In this document: one piece after another, positions 17,208 to 30,415 of the stretch
How positions within the stretch are numbered: position 1 is the stretch's first letter
How the letters are laid out: each line of letters opens with the position of its first letter
Assembly: GCA_038087875.1 (NCBI GenBank)
Contig: CM075998.1
Location: forward strand, 3,102,001-3,166,000
DNA length: 64,000 nt
Reading direction: 5' to 3'
From: Malacoraja senta
Taxonomy: Eukaryota
Made by a program: the position numbers and the translations under genes
Notes under the pieces: model-generated
Database searches by the model: none
What the model was told of the DNA's origin: nothing
The model's input: only the letters and a program-made list of their open reading frames with translations

Positions 17208-17392
17208 GTCTCTGGGTGGGGGCTGAAGAACTCCACGGAGAAGCCGAAGTAGCTGCCCCTGGGTCCGCTGTACACGGCCGGCCTGAGCGAGTCCAGGTTA
17301 AAGGCGAGAGCGGCGGAGGGCAGGAAGCACAGCAAGCGGCAGACAGAGCCGAGAGAGAGCGGCCCCTGGCCGGCCCCACACACCAGTCTCAT
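17208..17392 (-). CDS. ITGA5: integrin alpha (ITGA5-like) exon 1: signal peptide and start of the beta-propeller
   Basis: gagccATG start; [61 protein letters not shown]; donor AC|gtgagt. FNLD...[10 protein letters not shown] is the mature N-terminus of RGD-binding integrin alphas. FSVEF and 12q13 synteny favour ITGA5 over ITGAV/ITGA8. Confidence 0.8.
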
Positions 17393-17854
17393 GGCTCGTC
17401 CAACTCTCACTCAAAGCCCTTGCTTGATGCACGACTGGAGGGACACAAACCCCTGCAAACTCAGCTCAGGGGGAAAGCAAGCGAGAGAGAGACACAGAGG
17501 AAAAAAAAAAGTTGAGAGGGTGTTCCCAAGATATGAGGTCATCTGTGAGAGGAGGTGTCTGATGCAGAATTGTAGCCACTTCACTGCTTAAATGGTGGGA
17601 TGCAACAAGTCGTCCTTAACTCCTGACACAAGCAGGCAAGCAGGGCTGAGGAGTGGTTGTGTAGGATGTACACAAGCCGGCCCCACACCAATTATGGCTT
17701 CCAAGCCTTGTTACATTGCTGGCGGCAGACAACCCACACCAGGCAACGCACGCAAACCTCCAGCCAGGGGGGGAAGGCAGTTCCCACTGTGGGGGCGGTG
17801 GGGCCTGGAGGCAGCCTGGCCAACACACAACCTAGCATGCAATACTGCCCTCGC

Positions 17855-18550
17855 TGTAACACTCTGGAGACTCCTCTCACTGATACACCCTCACTGTAAC
17901 ACTGATACACCCCTCACTGTAACACTGATACACCCCTCACTGTAACACTGTGGAGACTCCTCTCACTGATACACCCCTCACTGTAACACTGATACACCCC
18001 ATACTGTAACACTGATACACCCCTCACTGATACACCCCTCACTGATACACCCCTCACTGTAACACTCTGGAGACTCCTCTCACTGATACACCCCTCACTG
18101 TAACACTCTGATACACCCCTCACTGTAACACTCTGGAGACTCCTCTCACTGATACACCCCTCACTGTAACACACTGATACACCCCTCACTGTAACACACT
18201 GATACACCCCTCACTGTAACACACTGATACACCCCTCACTGTAACACTGATACACCCCTCACTGTAACACTGATACACCCCACACTGTTACACTCTGATA
18301 CACCCCTCACTGTAACACTGATACACCCCTCACTGTAACACTGATACACCCCTCACTGTAACACTGATACACCCCGCACTGTTACACTCTGATACACCCC
18401 TCACTGTAACACTGATACACCCCTCACTGTTACACTCTGATACACCCCTCACTGTAACACTGTGGAGACTCCTCTCACTGATACACCCCTCACTGTAAGA
18501 CTCTGATACACCCCTCACTGTAAGACTCTGATACACCCCACACTGTAACT
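17855..18550. repeat. minisatellite, ~23-bp unit CACTGTAACACTGATACACCCCT with variants
   Basis: Direct tandem array with occasional CTGGAGACTCCTCT inserts; remnants at ~18925 and ~19820. Confidence 0.92.
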
Positions 18551-18561
18551 GTTACAAATGT

Positions 18562-18925
18562 CTTAAGGGGTTGGACAGGCTAGGTGCAGGAAGATTGTTC
18601 CCGATGTTGGGGAAGTCCAGAACAAGGGGTCACACAGTTTAAGGATAAGGGAGAAGTCTTTTAGGACCGAGATGAGAAAATAAAAATTCACACAGAGTGG
18701 TGAATCTGTGGAACTCTCTGCCACAGAGGGTAGTTGAGGCCAGTTCATTGGCTATATTTAAGAGGGAGTTAGATGTGGCCCTTGTGGCTAAAGGGATCAG
18801 GGGGTATGGAGAGAAGGCAGGTACAGGATACTGAGTTGGATGATCAGCCATGATCATATTGAATGGCGGTGCAGGCTCGAAGGGCCGAATGGCCTACTCC
18901 TGCACCTATTGTCTATGTTTCTATG
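18562..18925 (+). mobile_element. CR1 LINE 3' fragment
   Basis: Matches the 22985 and 44653 copies and carries the family tail. Confidence 0.8.
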
Positions 18926-19149
18926 TAACACTCTGATGAATATGAATGAATGAATATAACTTTAATTGTCATTCAGGTATACACATAGACACAGTGCACA
19001 TTGAACGAAATTTCATTGCATTGACTCTTCAAAGTAGCAGCAGAATATAACATTTATATCAGGTGATCAGTAAAAGTGCTTATTGTGTCCATAAAAAGTG
19101 CTTCATGTTAAAAAGGAAAGTTTTTTAAAAGTGGCAATGTATAAGAAAG

Positions 19150-19812
19150 TTCTAGCATCGGTTTGATTGTGAGTTCAATAGTCTTATGGCCTGGGGATGA
19201 AGCTGTTGCAGACCTGGTTGTCCCGCTCTTCATGCTGCGGTACCTCCTCCCAGAGTTCAGCAGTGTAAACAGTCCATATTGTGGGTGTGTGGGGGCTCTG
19301 GTAATGCCCTTAGCTCTTGTCAGACAGCGTTTGTAACCAATGTCCATGATGGAAGGAAGAGAAGTCCCAATGATTTTTTCCGCTGTCCTCACCACTCTCT
19401 GAAGGCACTTCCAGTCCGCAGCACCACACAGAGATGCAGCTGGTCATGACTGATTCAATGGTGCTTCTGTAGAATGTGGTGAGGATGGGAGGGTGGAGGT
19501 GTGATCTTCTCATCCTGTGGAGGAAGTACAAACCGTTTTACCAGAGATGTGATGTTTGTAGTCCAAGTTAAGGTATCCGTTGTATGCACTCCCAGGAACT
19601 TGATGCTTTTCACCTGCTCCACTGCTAAGTTGTTGATGCACAGCGGAGTGTGACTGGGCTGATTTCTCTTTCTGAAGCCGACGACCATCTCCTTGGTTTT
19701 GTCCACATTTAGGAGAAGGTTGTTCCTGCTGCACCAGCTCACCAGCTGCTCCACCTCCTCTCTGTATGCCTGGTCGTCGTTGTTGCGGATGAGGCCCACT
19801 ACTGTTGTGTCA
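19150..19812 (-). mobile_element. Rex/Babar-like LINE RT C-terminal fragment
   Basis: LVSWCSRNNLLLNVDKTKEMVV...KFLGVH, FYRSTIESV, SGRRYRSM. Confidence 0.8.
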
Positions 19813-19845
19813 ACCTGGATGATACACCCCTCACTGTAACACTCT

Positions 19846-20900
19846 CAAGATTCAAGAGAGTTTATTGTCATGTTCCCAGATAGGACAATGAAATTCTTGC
19901 TTTGCTTCAACACAACAGAATATAGTAGGCATAAATAAATACAGAACAGATCAGTGTCCATATGCCATTGAATATATATATACACACACATAAATAACAG
20001 ATAAACTGCATTGGGCTATTTAACGATCAGAGTTTTGTTTGAATTGAGTTTAATAGCCTGATGGCTGTGGGGAAGCAGCTATTCCTGAACCTGGTCGTTG
20101 CAGTCTTCAGGCTCCTGTACCTTCTACCTGAAGGCAGCGGGAAGATGAGTGTGTGGCCAGGATGATGTGGGTCCTTGATGATACTGCCAGCCTTTTTGAG
20201 GCAGCGACTGCGATAGATCCCCTCGATGGAAGGGAGGTCAGAGCCGATGATGGACTGGGCAGTGTTTACAACTTTTTGCAGTCTTTTCCGCTCCTGGGCG
20301 CTCAAGTTGCCGAACCAAGCCACGATGCAACCGGTCAGCATGCTCTCTACTGTGCACCTGTAGAAGTTCGAGAGAGTTCTCCTCGACAAACCGACTCTCC
20401 GTAATCTTCTCAGGAAGTAGAGGCGCTGATGTGCTTTATTTAAAATTGCATCAGTGTTCTCGGACCAGGAGAGATCTTCAGAGATGTGCACGCCCAGGAA
20501 TTTGAAGTTCTTGACCCTTTCCACCATCGACCCGTTGATATAAACGGGACTGTGGGTCCCCATTATACCCCTTCCAAAGTCCACAATCAGTTCCTTGGTT
20601 TTGCTGGTGTTGAGAGCCAGGTTATTGTGCTGGCACCATTTGGTCAGTCGGTCGATACTCTGACTCGTCCCCATCAGTGATACGTCCCACAACAGTGGTG
20701 TCGTCACCGAACTTGATGATGGAGTTCGCACTATGTCTGGCTATGCAGTCATGAGTATAGAGTGAGTATAGCAGGGGGCTGAGCACGCAGCCTTGAGGTG
20801 CTCCCGTGCTGATTGTTATCGACGTTAAAACATTTCAACCATTACGAACTGAATGAGGAAGTCGAGGATCCAATTGCAGAGGGATGCGCAGAGACCTAGT
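19846..20900 (-). mobile_element. Rex/Babar-like LINE 3' fragment
   Basis: WCQHNNLALNTSKTKELIVDF...KAHQRLYFLRRLR...SGRRYRSL..RFRNSCFP, plus 3' UTR. Confidence 0.88.
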
Positions 20901-21139
20901 TCTCAAAACTCCTCCAGGGATACACTTGATCCCAGTTGCCAATACCTGTCCCATGCCTCCATTTCCCTGACCCCACAGCCTCAATTTCTCTCATCATCCA
21001 AGCTTCCTCACTGCAACCTGCCTTGCCCTTTGCTCTGAAGATAGACACAAAAGGCCAGAGTAACTCAGTGGCTCAGCATCTCCGGAGACTAGGAACAGCT
21101 TCCTTGCCCTTCACTCGAACAGGAACGTGCATGTCCTGA

Positions 21140-21830
21140 ACTCTTGTCATCGCACTTTTAAAAAGCTCCGCACTTTCCTTTGCCCGAAAACAACCTACTC
21201 CAACCTACAACAAGTTCCTGTCTAACACTATCAAAGTTGGCCTTGTCCCAATTCAGAATTTTAACTTCACCGCCCAATCTTTCACCATAACTATCTTAAA
21301 TCTAACACAAGAATGGTCGCTGGTCCCAAAAGACTCGCCCGTGAACACCAGTCACTTGCCCTTCCCAATTTCTTCAGACTAGATCAAACCTTGCCCTCTC
21401 CCATGTAGGGCCCTCTACATATTGGCTGAGGGGACATTCCTCAACACAGTTGACAAATTCCACCCGGTCTACGCCTTTTGCACGATGACATTCCCAGACT
21501 ATATTGGGAAAGTTAAAATCCCCAACTATGACAACTCTATGAGCCCTGCAGCTGCCTGCAATCTCCTGGCACATTTGCTGAACCAATTCTCTCTCGTTGA
21601 TTATTTGGGGTCTGTAGTACACCCCCAACAAGGTGATCATCCCCTTTTCTATTTCTCAGCTCCACCCATACAGCCTCACTGGAAGAACCATCAGTAACGG
21701 CGTCTCCGATCACTGCCCTGACATTCTCCTTCATCAATAAAGCAACTGCCCCTCTTTTACTCCCCCCACCTCTATCTCTCCTGAAGCACCTGCACCCCGG
21801 AACATTAAGCTGCTGTCCTGTTCCTCTCCA
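21140..21830 (-). mobile_element. old CR1 endonuclease-domain fragment
   Basis: LLGVYYRP...VVIVGDFNFPNI.W...QYVEGPT. Confidence 0.75.
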
Positions 21831-22984
21831 AACCAGGTTTCAGTGTAAACACCTTACACTAGGTAGGCCATTCGGCCCATCGAGTCTACTCCGCCATTCA
21901 ATCAAGGCTGATCTATCTCTCCCTCTCAACCCCATTCTCCTGCCTTCTCCCCATTACCCCTGATACCCGTACTAATCATGAATTTGTCTATCTGCACCTT
22001 AGAAATATCCACTGACTTGGCCTCCACAGCCGTCTTTGGCAATCTATTCCACGGATTCACCATCCTCTGACGAAAGAAATTCCTCCGCATCTCCTTCCTA
22101 AAGGTACGTCCTTTAACTCTGAGGCTGTGACCTCTGGTCCTAGACTCTCCCACTAGTGGAAACATCCTCTCCACATCCACTCTATCCAGGCTTTTTTCAC
22201 ATGGAGATAGGGGGTGTTTGAGGTGGGGGTGAGGGGAGGGGGTTGCAGTAGCTCCTAACACACCTGTACTGAGCGTACCCCCGGGCTCCAGGCCACAGAG
22301 GGCCGCGGGGGGGGGGGGGGGCGTTCCTCGGACCGCCTTCCCCTCTATGACCAGGGGACATAGGTTTAAGGTGAAGGGGAAGGAAAAGGTTGAATAGGAA
22401 CCTGAGGGGCAACTTTTTCCCCACACAGAGTGTGGTGGGTGTGTGAAACGAGCTGATAGAGGAGGTAGTTGAGGCTGGGACTAGAACGACATTTAAAAGA
22501 CATTTAGACAGGAATACGTTTGGGACAGGTTTAGTGGGATATGGGCCAAACGCGGGCATGTGGGACTAGTAGAGATGGGGCAAGTTGGTCGCCATGGGCA
22601 AGGCGGGCCGAAGGGCCTGTTTCCACGCAGTATGACTATGACTCCACAACCAGAGAGCAGTGCTGACCTACTATCCACCTCTTTGGTGGATATGCCCTCG
22701 GACTATCCTTGATCAGACTTTGCTGGCTTTACCTTGCACGAAATGTTATTCCCTTATTATGTATCTATACACTGTAAATAGATTGATCGTAATCAAGTAC
22801 TGTCTTTCCGCTGACTGGTTGGCACACGACAAAAAGCTTTTCTTTTTCATCGCCTAGTCGATCAGTTTTTATTTCAACAATTCCACATCTGAAGGAACTT
22901 TGCAATTTGCCTGTAACTCAAGTATCCAAATACATCTGAAATTAAAATCAGATCTAGAAATAACAAATGATATTCTTTAATACA

Positions 22985-23506
22985 ATCTGAGGAAAGACAT
23001 TCTTGCCATAGAGGGAGTACAGAGAAGGTTCACCAGACTGATTCCTGGGATGGCAGGACTTTCATATGAGGAAAGACTGGATAGACTCGGCTTGTACTCG
23101 CTGGAATTCAGAAAACTGAGGGGGGATCTTATAGAAACTTACAAAATTCTTAAGGGGTTGGGCAGGCTAGGTGCAGGAAGATTATTCCCAATGTTGGGGA
23201 AGTCCAGAACTAGGGGTCACAGTTTAAGGATAAGAGGGAAGACTTTTAGGACCGAGATGAGAAAAACATTTTTCACACAGAGAGTGGTGAATCTCTGGAA
23301 CTCTCTGCCACAGAAGGTAGTTGAGGCCAGTTCATTGGCTATATTTAAGAGGGAGTTAGATGTGGCCCTTGTGGCTAAAGGGATCAGGGGGTATGGAGAG
23401 AAGGCAGGGATGGGATACTGAGTTGGATGATCAGCCATGATCATATCAAATGGCGGTGCAGGCTCGAAGGGCCGAATGGCCTACTCCTGCACCTATTTTC
23501 TATGTT
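22985..23506 (+). mobile_element. CR1 LINE 3' fragment
   Basis: MAGLSYEERLDRLGLYSLEFRKLRGDLIETYKIL...FFTQRVVNLWNSLP. Confidence 0.88.
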
Positions 23507-24535
23507 TGAAAAGAAAAGGAATTTTTTTTTAAAATTATATTCAGCACTGATTTCCCGTGGTTTCATTGTTATAGCTTTATCTTTACTTAAACTTATCTCC
23601 CTGGTTAGATTTCTCAATTTTCTCAATCAAATAACTACTTGGTTATGTTCATGCTGAAGAACATATGCTGGCTCGAAGGGCCGAATGGCCTCCTCCTGCA
23701 CCTATTTTCTATATTTTCTATGCACTGTAAATTTTGTCCTCAAGTTAGAAGTACACAAAATGTTCACTGCCTGCTGGAGTAATTCAGCGGGACAGGCAGC
23801 ATCTCTGGATGGAAAGAATGGGTGACGCCACGGGTCGAGACCCCTCCCCAGAATGAAGAAGGGTCTCGACCCAAAATGTCACCGAACAACCCCTCCCCTC
23901 CCCTCCCCCTCCAGAGATGCTGCCTGTACCTGTGACAATAAAACTAAACTGAATTCTCACGATCTCCTGACGACATTTTTCCTATCCTCCAGTGACCTTA
24001 GCAACCACAGTCCAGACCCCTGATGAGTGGTCTCGACCCGAAACGTCACCCATTCCTTTTCCCCAGAGATGCTCCCTGACCCGCTGAGTTACTCCAGCAT
24101 TTTGTGCCTATCTTTGGTATAAAGCAGTCTATCCTGAACTCCGGAATTGTGCGAGTTCAAAAACTGTCATCGGGGACAAAATTAGGAATCAGAACGGAAA
24201 TCCAGGGCAAGCAGGATTTCAGTAACAACAATTTAATGTTGATGGCCTTGATAAGGGCAAAATGCTCTTGTGGTCAAAATGGATGAAGAAGCCTGATAAT
24301 AAGCCAGGCCCGACAGCCCTTGCTAGTCAACGGTTCATCTGGTCCAGTGTTGAACACATGCCCGCACAAATCATGCTGGCACACAGTATGTCTGGCAGAG
24401 GGGGCATCGTCTGAGGTGGGTAAAGGGTGGGTAAACTCCCCCTCCCTTGCCCAACCCGCTCTCCACCTCTTGCCCCCCCCCCCCCCCCACTTCCCCACCC
24501 CTTCTCTATCCCCATGGAGAGAATGTACAAACTCC

Positions 24536-24910
24536 GCAGGCTCTGACCTCCCCACCATCGAGGGGATCTATCGCAGTCGCTGCCTCAAAATGGCTGCCAG
24601 CATCATCAAGGACCCACACCATCCTGGCCACACACTCATCTCCCCGCTACCTTCAGGTAGAAGGTACAGGAGCCTGAAATCTGCAACATCCAGGTTCAGG
24701 AATAGCTGCTTCCCCACAGCCATCAGACTATTAAACTCAACTCAAACAGACTCTGAACTGTAACAGCCTATTGCACTTTATCTGTTTATTTATGTGTGTA
24801 TTAAACTGAACTGTTCTGTATTTTTGCTTCCATTATTCTGTTGTGCTGCAGCAAGAATGAATGTCATTGTCCTATCTGGGACACATGACAATAAACTCTC
24901 TTGACTTGAC
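24536..24910 (+). mobile_element. Rex/Babar-like LINE 3' end
   Basis: GSDLPTIEGIYRSRCLK...SGRRYRSL; 3' UTR ends caataaactctcttgacttgac. Confidence 0.8.
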
Positions 24911-26435
24911 CAGATATTGTCAATGTGGAATGAAGCAGCACGGTGGCACAGCGGGTAGAGCTGCTGCCTCACAGCGCCAGAGACCCGGGTTCCATCCCGA
25001 CTACGGGTGCTGTCTGTACGGAGTTTGCACGTTCTCCCCGTGACCTGCGTGGGTTTTCTCCGAGATCTCCACTTTCCTCCCACACTCCAAAGATGTGCAG
25101 GTTTGTAGGTTAATTGGCTTGGTGTAAGGTGTAAAATTGTCCCCAGTGTCGTGTGTGTAGGGGAGCCGGAAAAAAAAAAAGCTTGCGACACTCAGCGGGT
25201 CAGACAGCGTCTCTGGAGAAGAAGAGGGCATTTTGGGTCGTGACCCCATGGTGTGCGGGGATCGCTAGTCGGTGGGCCGAAGAAGGGTCTCGACCCGAAA
25301 CGTCACCCATTCCTTCTCTCCAGAGATGCTGCCTGTCCCGCCGAGTTACGCCAGCATTTTGTGTCTATCTTTGATTTTTAGTTTAGTTTAAAGTTTAGTT
25401 TAGTTTAGTTTAGTTTAGTTTAGAGATACAGTGCAGAAAAAGGCCCTTCGGCCCACCGGGTCCGTGCCGACCAGCGATCCACGCACACTAACACTATCCT
25501 ACACACACTCGGGGACAATTTATAATTTTGCCAAAGCCAATTCACCTACAAACCCGCACGTCTTTGGAGAGTGGGAGGAAACCGGAGCGCCCGGAGAAAA
25601 CCCACGTAGGTCATGTGCAAACTCCATACAGACAGCTCCCGTGGTCAGCAAATACTACTTTGCTGCTGAGAGAGCCTGTTCCTCCACCACCCACCACCTA
25701 CCACCTCCCCTACCCCCCACCCCCACCCCGGCCCCCTCGGGCTGGCTGTGTGTTGTGTGATGTCCCCTGTGGAGTTTCACACACAGTTGTGAACCAACGG
25801 GGCTTGAGAGTGCCACAGCTGAGGTGAGCAATGTGGCAGTCTATGCAACGTTATCACAATGGTGTGATGTCGGCTTTGGCCATCGCTCCAGCTGCCGTTT
25901 AGCACTCATGTCTGTGGGAACCATACATCCACTATTCTATCTGCCCCTTGCTTCAATAACTAGCTGAACAAATTGACCAGAGAGATCGATCCGAAGATGG
26001 CGCCCCGACGCGGTTTCGTTCAGTTTCGAGACCCAGCGCAGAAACAGGCGCCGCCCAGCGGTCCCCGCACACTGCCACGACCCGGGGACGAGTTATAACC
26101 TTACCGAAGCCCATCAACCTACAAGCCTGCACGTCTTTGGGAGTGCGGGAGGAAACCGGAGCACCCGGAGAAAACCCACGCGGGTCACGGGGAGAAGGTA
26201 CAAACTCCGTACAGGCAGCACCCGTAGTCTGGATGGAACCCGGGGTCTCCGGCGCTGTGAGGCAGGGACTCTACCCGCTGTGCCACCGTGCGGCCACATT
26301 TGCCCCAGCTTCTTTGAGGTATTTGAATGGACTGGTACAGCACGGAAACAGGATAACTCGTCCATGCGGATCAGGATGCCCCCGTCTGCACTTGTCCCTC
26401 CCCCCTGCGTCCAGAACGTAGAACTTCGGGGTGGT

Positions 26436-26740
26436 CACGGTGGCACAGCGGTAGAGTTGCTGCCTCACAGCGCTGGAGACCCGGGTTTAATCCTGACTAC
26501 GGGTGCTTGTCTGTACGGCGTTTGTACGTTCTCCCCGTGACCTGCGTGGGTTTCCTCCGGGTGCTCCGGTTTCCTCCCACACTCCAAAGACGTGCAGGTT
26601 TGTAGGTTAATTGGCTTTGGTAAAATTGTAAATTGTCCTTAGTGGGTGCAGGATAGTGTAAGTGTGCGGGGATCGCTGGTCGGCACAGACTCGGTGGGCC
26701 GAAGGGCCTGTTTCCGCGCTGTATCTCTAAACTAAACTAA
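26436..26740 (+). mobile_element. HE1-type tRNA-derived V-SINE, full length
   Basis: A box TGGCACAGCGG, B box GGTTTAATCC, V-domain ..GTTCTCCCCGTGACCTGCGTGGGTTTCCTCCGGGTGCTCCGGTTTCCTCCCAC, tail gggccgaagggcctgtttcc...(taaac)n. Confidence 0.85.
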
Positions 26741-28706
26741 GACCTGAGATCTCAGATTGTGTAGGAAGGAACTTCAGATGCTGGTTTACACCGAAGATAG
26801 ACACAAAATGCTTGGAGTAACTCAGCGGGACAGGCAGCATCTCTGGAGAGAAGGAATGGGTGACGTTTCGGGCAAAGACCTTTCTTCAGACCGAAGTAAA
26901 GGAGGTCCATCTGTGCGGAGTTTGCACGTTCTCCCCGTGACCTGCGTGGGTTTTTCTCCGGGTGCTCCGGTTTCCTCCCACACTCCCAAAGGCGTGCGGG
27001 TTTTTGAGGTTGTTCGCCCCACGCGTGTCGGGATAGCGGATGGGAATGTGAGATAACGTGCGTGGATCGTTGGTCGGCGCGGACTCGGTGGGCCGAAGGG
27101 CCTGTTTTCCTCTCTGTGTCTCTGAAACAAACGAAGCTCAGCGTGCCAGAATGGAGTCCCCGTGCGGGACTAGCGTCCACAAGGATTTGTCATTCTCATT
27201 CTGAATAAACATGTTTTAAAATTTCCACAGCGGTTCAATGGAGGTCAGGTCTCAGTTGTGGAAAGCATCTTGGCAATGAGCAACACCACCATGAGCAGAG
27301 GCATCCCCACCCCTAGCAACACATTGTTTATTTCCCTCCAGTCTCCATCAACATATTCACACTGCTTATAATTGTCCTCGATAAAGTGGAACACACCAAA
27401 AAAAAAACTCACTCGGAGACCTTTTCCATATAAGTTCACGTTGGTGTGATGCTGGCCACAGAAGCAAATACTCCTTCATTACTTTGTCCAGCGTGGAAAC
27501 AGGCCCTTCAGCCCAACTCATCCCTGCCATCCACGATGCCCCATCTTACACGAGTCTCTGGATACTTTCAAGAGAGAGCTGGATAGGGCTCTTAAAGATA
27601 GGGCTCTTAAAGAGTCAGGGGATATGGGGAGAAGGCAGGAACGGGGTACTGATTGGGGATGATCAGCCATGATCATATTGAATGGCGGTGCTGGCTCGAA
27701 GGGCCGAATGGCCTACTCCTGCACCTATTGTCTATTGTCTATTGCGTCCCACATCCCTCTAAACCTGTCCTATCCATGTATCTGTCCAAATGTTTCTTAA
27801 ACATTGCAATAGTCCCTGCCTCAACTACCTCCTGTGGCAGCTCGTTCCAGACACCCACCACCTTTTGTGCAAAAATAAGTTACCCCTCAGGTTCTCATTG
27901 AATCTTTCCCGCCCTTCACCTTAAACCTATGTCCTCTGGTTCTCGATTCCCCTACTCTGGGCAAGAGACTCTGTGCCCCTCCTCTGCACCCCACCTTAAC
28001 TCGCACCTATTTCTCCCCTCCACCACCCGCCCCCCCCCCCCCCCCCTACCCACCCCCCACCCACATTCCTTCCTCTGGCTTCACAATTTGCAACGCTTCA
28101 ATCCTTTTGTCTCACACCTTCCTTTTTTTATCTCTGTCTCAACCTGAAACGTGACCTATCCAATGTTGTGATAGTCCCTGCCTCAACGATCCGCTCCGGC
28201 AGCTCGTTCCATACACCCACCACCCTCTGTGTGAAAAAGCTGCACCTCATGTTCCTGTTCAATCTTTCCCCTCTCACCTAACCCCATGTCCTCTGGTTCT
28301 CGATTCTTCTCCGCTGCATAAGAGACTCTGAGCAGTCACCCAACGTATTCCTCTCATGATTTTGTACACCTCTATAAAGATCCCCCTCATCCTCCTGCAG
28401 TCAAAAGAATAGAGTCCCAGCCTGCTCGACCTCTCCCTCTAGCTCAGGCCCCTCGAGTCCTGGCAACATCCTCGTAAATCTTCTCCGCACCCTTTGCAGC
28501 ATAGAGGCTTGGAATCAGAGTCATACAGCATGAAAACAGGCCCTTCAGCCCACCGAGCCCATGCTGACCAATGCTCACCCGTTCACACGAGTTTGGTTTC
28601 GTTTTAGAGATAGTGTGGAAACAGGCCCTTCAGCCCAACCGAGTCCTTGCCGACTATCGATCAGCCATTCAAACTAGTTTAGTTCTCTGTTATCCCACTC
28701 ACTGGG

Positions 28707-29017
28707 CAGCATGGTGGCGCAGCGGTAGAGTTGCTGCCTCACAGCGCCAGAGACCCGGGTTCGATCATGACTACGGGAGCTGGCTGTTCGGAGTTTGCAC
28801 GTTCTCCCGTGACCTGCGTGGGTTTTCTCCGGGTGCTCCGGTTTCCTCCCACACTCCAAAGACGTGCAGGTTTGTAGGTTAATTGGCTTCGGTAAATTTG
28901 TAAATTGTCCCTCGTGTGTGTGTAGGATGGTGTCAGTGTGCGGGGGGGGATCGTTGGCCGGCGCGGGCTCGGTGGGCCGAAGGGCCTGTTTCCGCGCTGT
29001 ATCTCTAAACTAAAACT
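28707..29017 (+). mobile_element. HE1-type V-SINE
   Basis: Same structure. Further copies at ~24937 (+), 25400-25645 (-), 26040-26290 (-), 33830-34080 (-), 35856 (+), 38730-39085 (-), 57390 (+) and 59585 (+). Confidence 0.85.
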
Positions 29018-29444
29018 AAGACCTAAGATCCCAGATTGTGTGGGAAGGAACTGCAGATGCTGGTTTACACCGAAGATAGACACAAAAAGCTGGAGTAACT
29101 CAGCGGGACAGGCAGCATCTCTGGAGAGAAGGAATGGGTGACGTTTTGGGTCGAGACCCTTCTTCAGACTGAAGTAAAGGAGGTTCATCTGCTGTTGTGG
29201 CCTTCTGACATGTACTCATCGAGAAAGAATTTTGTCAATTGATCATTGTTAAAGATCAGAAGGCAATCAGCAGCCAGTCAATTGCCTCCCGAGTGTAAAT
29301 AGTGGTGACATTGCTTGCTGTAGATAAGGTGTGAGCAAAGTGGGGCCTACTGTCTTTCATGTTCAGGGACAGCCTGGCTCCTGGTGTGTCCATTAGCAGA
29401 TGGTGAAGTCAACAAAATGCAGATAGACACAAAATGCTGGAGTC

Positions 29445-30415
29445 AGCGGGACTGTCATATGAGGAAAGATTGAAAAGACTAGGCTTGTATTCACTGGAGT
29501 TTAGAAGGATGAGGGGGCATCTTATAGAAACATATAAAATTATAAAAGGACTGGACAAGCTAGATGCAGGAAAAATGTTCCCAATGTTGGGCGAGTCCAG
29601 AACCAGGGGCCACAGTCTTAGAATAAAGGGGAGGTCAATTTAAGACTGAGGTGAGAAAAAACTTTTTCACCCAGAGAGTTGTGAATTTGTGGAATTCCCT
29701 GCCACAGAGGGCAGTGGAGGCCAAGTCACTGGATGGATTTAATCAATTCAATTCAAGCACTTTATTCATCCCAAGGGGCAATTTAAAAGGGCGCATTACA
29801 GTAGCTTTTAAAAAAAAAGAACGGGACACAAACAACGTAACGAAAAGACAAACATTCAAAGCTACTCTCTGCACCAACCGGTCGACCGCACGAGCAGTGA
29901 CCCGGCAAGGATTGGGTTGTCAGCAGCGATACAATAATAAAGAACACACAAAATGTAACACAAACATCCACCACAGCATTCATCACTGTGGTGGAAGGCA
30001 CAAAAATTTGGCCAGTCCTCCTCCATTTCCCCCCCCATGGACAGGACCAGAGTCCAAGTCAGTCCAGGATCGGCTCTTCCTCACCGGAGACCGCGGCTTT
30101 AGATTGTTGTAGGCCGCAGGCCGGCGGTCAAGATTTAAAGTCCCCGCCGCAGCCAGCAGCACCGTAGACTGCAGGGCCGGCGGTCGAAGCTCCCCTCCAG
30201 GGGTGTTGGTAAGTCCATGCCGGCCCCGTGGTAGAAACATAAGAGAGAGTTAGATAGAGCTCTAGGGTCTAGTGGAATCAAGGGATATGGGGAGAAGGCA
30301 GGCACGGGTTATTGATTGGGGACGATCAGCCATGATAAAAATGAATGGCGGTGCTGGCTCGAAGGGCCGAATGGCCTCCTCCTGCACCTATTTTCTATGT
30401 TTCTATGTTTCTATG
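29445..30415 (+). mobile_element. CR1 3' fragment split by a ~500-bp insertion (~29741-30240)
   Basis: GLSYEERLKRLGLYSLE...SLDGF is interrupted, then resumes aagagagagttagatagagctc and the family tail. Confidence 0.7.

Noticed and set aside
16727..17515. 262-aa ORF spanning the gap
   Set aside because: Artefact of translating through Ns, joining a CR1 fragment to the antisense strand of ITGA5 exon 1.
17855..18550. CRISPR-like array
   Set aside because: No unique spacers, eukaryotic context and no cas genes; it is a minisatellite. The same applies to 35346-35733.
27245..27439. 64-aa ORF with a hydrophobic tail
   Set aside because: No recognisable homology or convincing splice sites.
28707..28790. 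tRNA genes
   Set aside because: The A/B boxes are SINE heads that continue into the V-domain; there is no complete cloverleaf or terminator.
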